Position numbers and translations under genes: made by a program. A stretch of DNA of 64,000 nt from Sphyrna mokarran (Eukaryota): contig JAGIQG010000001.1 of the NCBI GenBank assembly GCA_024679065.1, forward strand, positions 144,460,001-144,524,000, in the 5' to 3' direction. The notes under the pieces were generated by a model. It had not been told where the DNA came from. It saw nothing but the letters and a program-made list of their open reading frames with translations, and did no database searches. Of this stretch, positions 61,710 through 64,000 are shown in pieces. Numbering within the stretch: position 1 is the first letter of the stretch; each line of letters starts with the position of its first letter.

Positions 61710-62556
61710 TTTATATACCCCTTTAAAGGTGATTAGGTAAGAAGCACGTTACTCACTGCTTCCAAGCCTGCGCTCTTCCAAGCCCAGTGAGCTTAATCCC
61801 TTGTTCCTCTCACTCTAACTCCCGTCTCACTCCACTGCCCGCTCCCGACGCTGCCCGCTGTCTTACCTTGGCCTTCCTTTTATACTCCCGCGCTTCCTCC
61901 CCTGCAGCCCCCCGCGCCTACCTCCCGCTACGGAGCGCCGAAATAAACACTCTGCAAAATAAAGTACAAGACAGAAATTGCAACTCAGGATTCTCTCCAG
62001 CCACTCTCCAAATAACTCTGCTCCGGAGAACAGTAAACTCCTCTTCTTTCTCAGGAGACTAAGTAAATTTGGCATGTCCACTACAAACCTCACCAACTTT
62101 TCCAGATGCACCACAGAAAGCATTCTTTCTCGTTGTATCACAGCTTGGTATGTTTCCTGCTCTGCCCAAGACCACAAGAAACTACAAAGGATCATGAACA
62201 AAGCCGAAAGCATCAAGCAAACCAGCCTCCCATGCATTGACTCTATACTTCCCACTGCTCTGCAAAGCAACCAGCATAATTAAGGACCCTGTGCACCCCA
62301 GACATACTCTTCCACTTTCATCCATTGGGGAATGATACAAAAGTCTGAAGCCACACATCAATCAACTCAAAAACTGTTTCTTCTCTGCTAACATCAGACT
62401 TTTGAATGGATCTATCTTGCACTAAGGTGATCTTTTTCTATTCCTAGCAATAACTGTAACACTACATTTTGCACCGCCTCCTTTCCTTCTCTATGTATAG
62501 CATGCTTTGTCTGTATAACATGCACGAAACAATACTCTTCTCTGTATACCAATACA

Positions 62557-62790
62557 TGTTAGCACTGCTGCCTCGCAGTGTCAGAAACTTGGGTTCAATT
62601 CCAGCCTTGGATGACTGTGTGGAATTTGTACATTCTCCCTGTAGCTGCTAATATTCATCAGTGTGCTCCTTTTTCCTCTCACAGTCCAAAGATGTGTAGA
62701 TTAGGTGGATTGGCCACATCAAATGCATGGGTTACAGGGATAGGTGCTGGGTGTGCTTGGATAAGCTGCTCTTTCAGAGAGTTGGATTCT
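62557..62790 (+). mobile_element. HE1/V-SINE-like SINE (5' part truncated)
   Basis: ttagcactgctgcctcgcag...gggttcaattccagcc, core cagtccaaagatgtg. Confidence 0.7.
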
Positions 62791-64000
62791 ACGGTTCTAT
62801 CCTCATTCTCTCCCTCTCTCCCCCTGACTAAGCCCAGTTGTCCCAAATCTGAATCTCCCCCTTCCCAAGTTCTCTTCCCAAAACAACTTCTCCTTGTTCC
62901 ACTTTTACCGTCGCTCATATTCCCGATCCTCGTTCCATCTCTCCGTATTCACTTATTCCCAATCTCCCTCTGTCCCATACAACCAACACCCTGCACACAG
63001 CAACTATAATTCTTATCCCTCAATCCTCCAATCTACCAGACTAACTCTTCCCCCACTCCTCCCTTCTAGATCTTTGCACCCCACTGTTGTCCACACCCCC
63101 GCCTGCCTTCAGACCTGTGAAGGTTTGAAAGGATAATAATCCCAATTGTCAAAACCAACTGGCAGTTTCTTTTTAAGACTTTGTTTTACGGATCCAGATT
63201 CAACTTGAATTCATCAGGTGCGTTTTGAGAATGTGGGCATCAGGCACAAATATTGAGGCCGTTCAGTGTACGACTAAAACTGTTATGTCTAAACAAGGCA
63301 GAATGACTGCCAACATCAGGCTCAAAAGCACATCCTCTAATCATGATGGTGAATCCCATTCGATAAAGATGCATTCAGTTAGACTTATTGAAAAGTCAAC
63401 TATTTGTCAAGAGTTTGCAGATTCAAGGGAATTCAACAAAAAAACGCAAGACAAAGGCAAAGTAAAAAATATGCAATCCAACATTGTATTAACAATGTCC
63501 AACCTGATGATGATGGTTCTCTAATTTAACCTCCTTCTAAAATGACAAAGGTTTCTTTTAAGATTAAATACCTGAAAGTAAATAGTATTTTCTGCCAGCT
63601 GTTGTTAAATTTGATCAGCTGTTTATAAATCATCTGACAAGGAATCGTCAGCAATTGAACTTTGCTCTTATACAGTCCCATTTTAATCATTTCTAAGAGT
63701 TTTGCATGACCATCACTTGACTAAGTAGAAATGAAAATATTATTCAAATTCAAGACATCTATATTCCTCAGCACTAATGCATAAATGGTCAACACAAAAA
63801 TGGAAAGATTGAACGTTTAAAACATCAATGGACGCGACAGGAAAGACCACTTCTTTCACTCAGGTTTACTAAATGGTCATTTTTTTTCCCAACTCATTCA
63901 ACCAGGTTTCTGAGCTCCCCTGCCTGCCAGCCTAATCCTTTTCTGAGTTTTTTAAAAGTACCACTGGATGGAAACAAGCCTTGAATAAACGTAAAATAAA

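Larger units (their letters stand above)
57462..62035 (-). mobile_element. Full-length CR1 LINE (~4.57 kb): 5'UTR, ORF1, ORF2, SINE-containing 3'UTR, poly(A)
   Basis: T14 tract at 57462-57475; AACTC duplicated at 57457-57461 and 62036-62040 (putative TSD); ORF1 and ORF2 as below. Confidence 0.93.
57030..62560 (+). mobile_element. Rex1/Babar-like LINE remnant (57030-57461 and 62036-62560) split by a full-length CR1
   Basis: Left part ends ...VVKKDHQL and right part resumes LFFLRRLSKFGMSTTNLTNFSRCTTESILSRCITAWY..CSAQDHKKLQR (Rex1-type RT C-terminus). Confidence 0.8.

Overview
Vertebrate genomic DNA, very probably from a shark or other cartilaginous fish, judged from the CR1/HER1-type LINEs, HE1/V-SINE-like tRNA SINEs and the protein sequences. 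Much of the window is transposon-derived. It holds two spliced + strand genes that the ORF track misses. (1) A 4-exon CXCL8/IL-8-like chemokine (CDS 9443-12132, 108 aa). It has SLL-CQC in place of ELR-CXC, a non-canonical intron-1 acceptor (CG instead of AG), and a 99-bp exact copy of its 3'UTR inside intron 3. (2) About 27 kb downstream, a 4-coding-exon immunoglobulin J chain (JCHAIN)-like gene (CDS 39392-47967, 167 aa) with the same intron phases (1,2,2) and its first Cys at the same codon of exon 2. This J chain is atypical: CKL instead of CKC, no N-I-S sequon, no terminal Cys, and a novel 42-aa tail. Other content: a ~2.9-kb 34-bp minisatellite; a full-length CR1 LINE (57462-62035, minus) nested in a Rex1 element, whose 3'UTR contains a captured SINE also present in other copies; a decayed two-gene Harbinger transposon; a long-TIR MITE; Penelope-like repeats with decayed hammerhead motifs; and many LINE/SINE fragments. 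All gene models were read by eye and family names come from recalled motifs; no database search was run.
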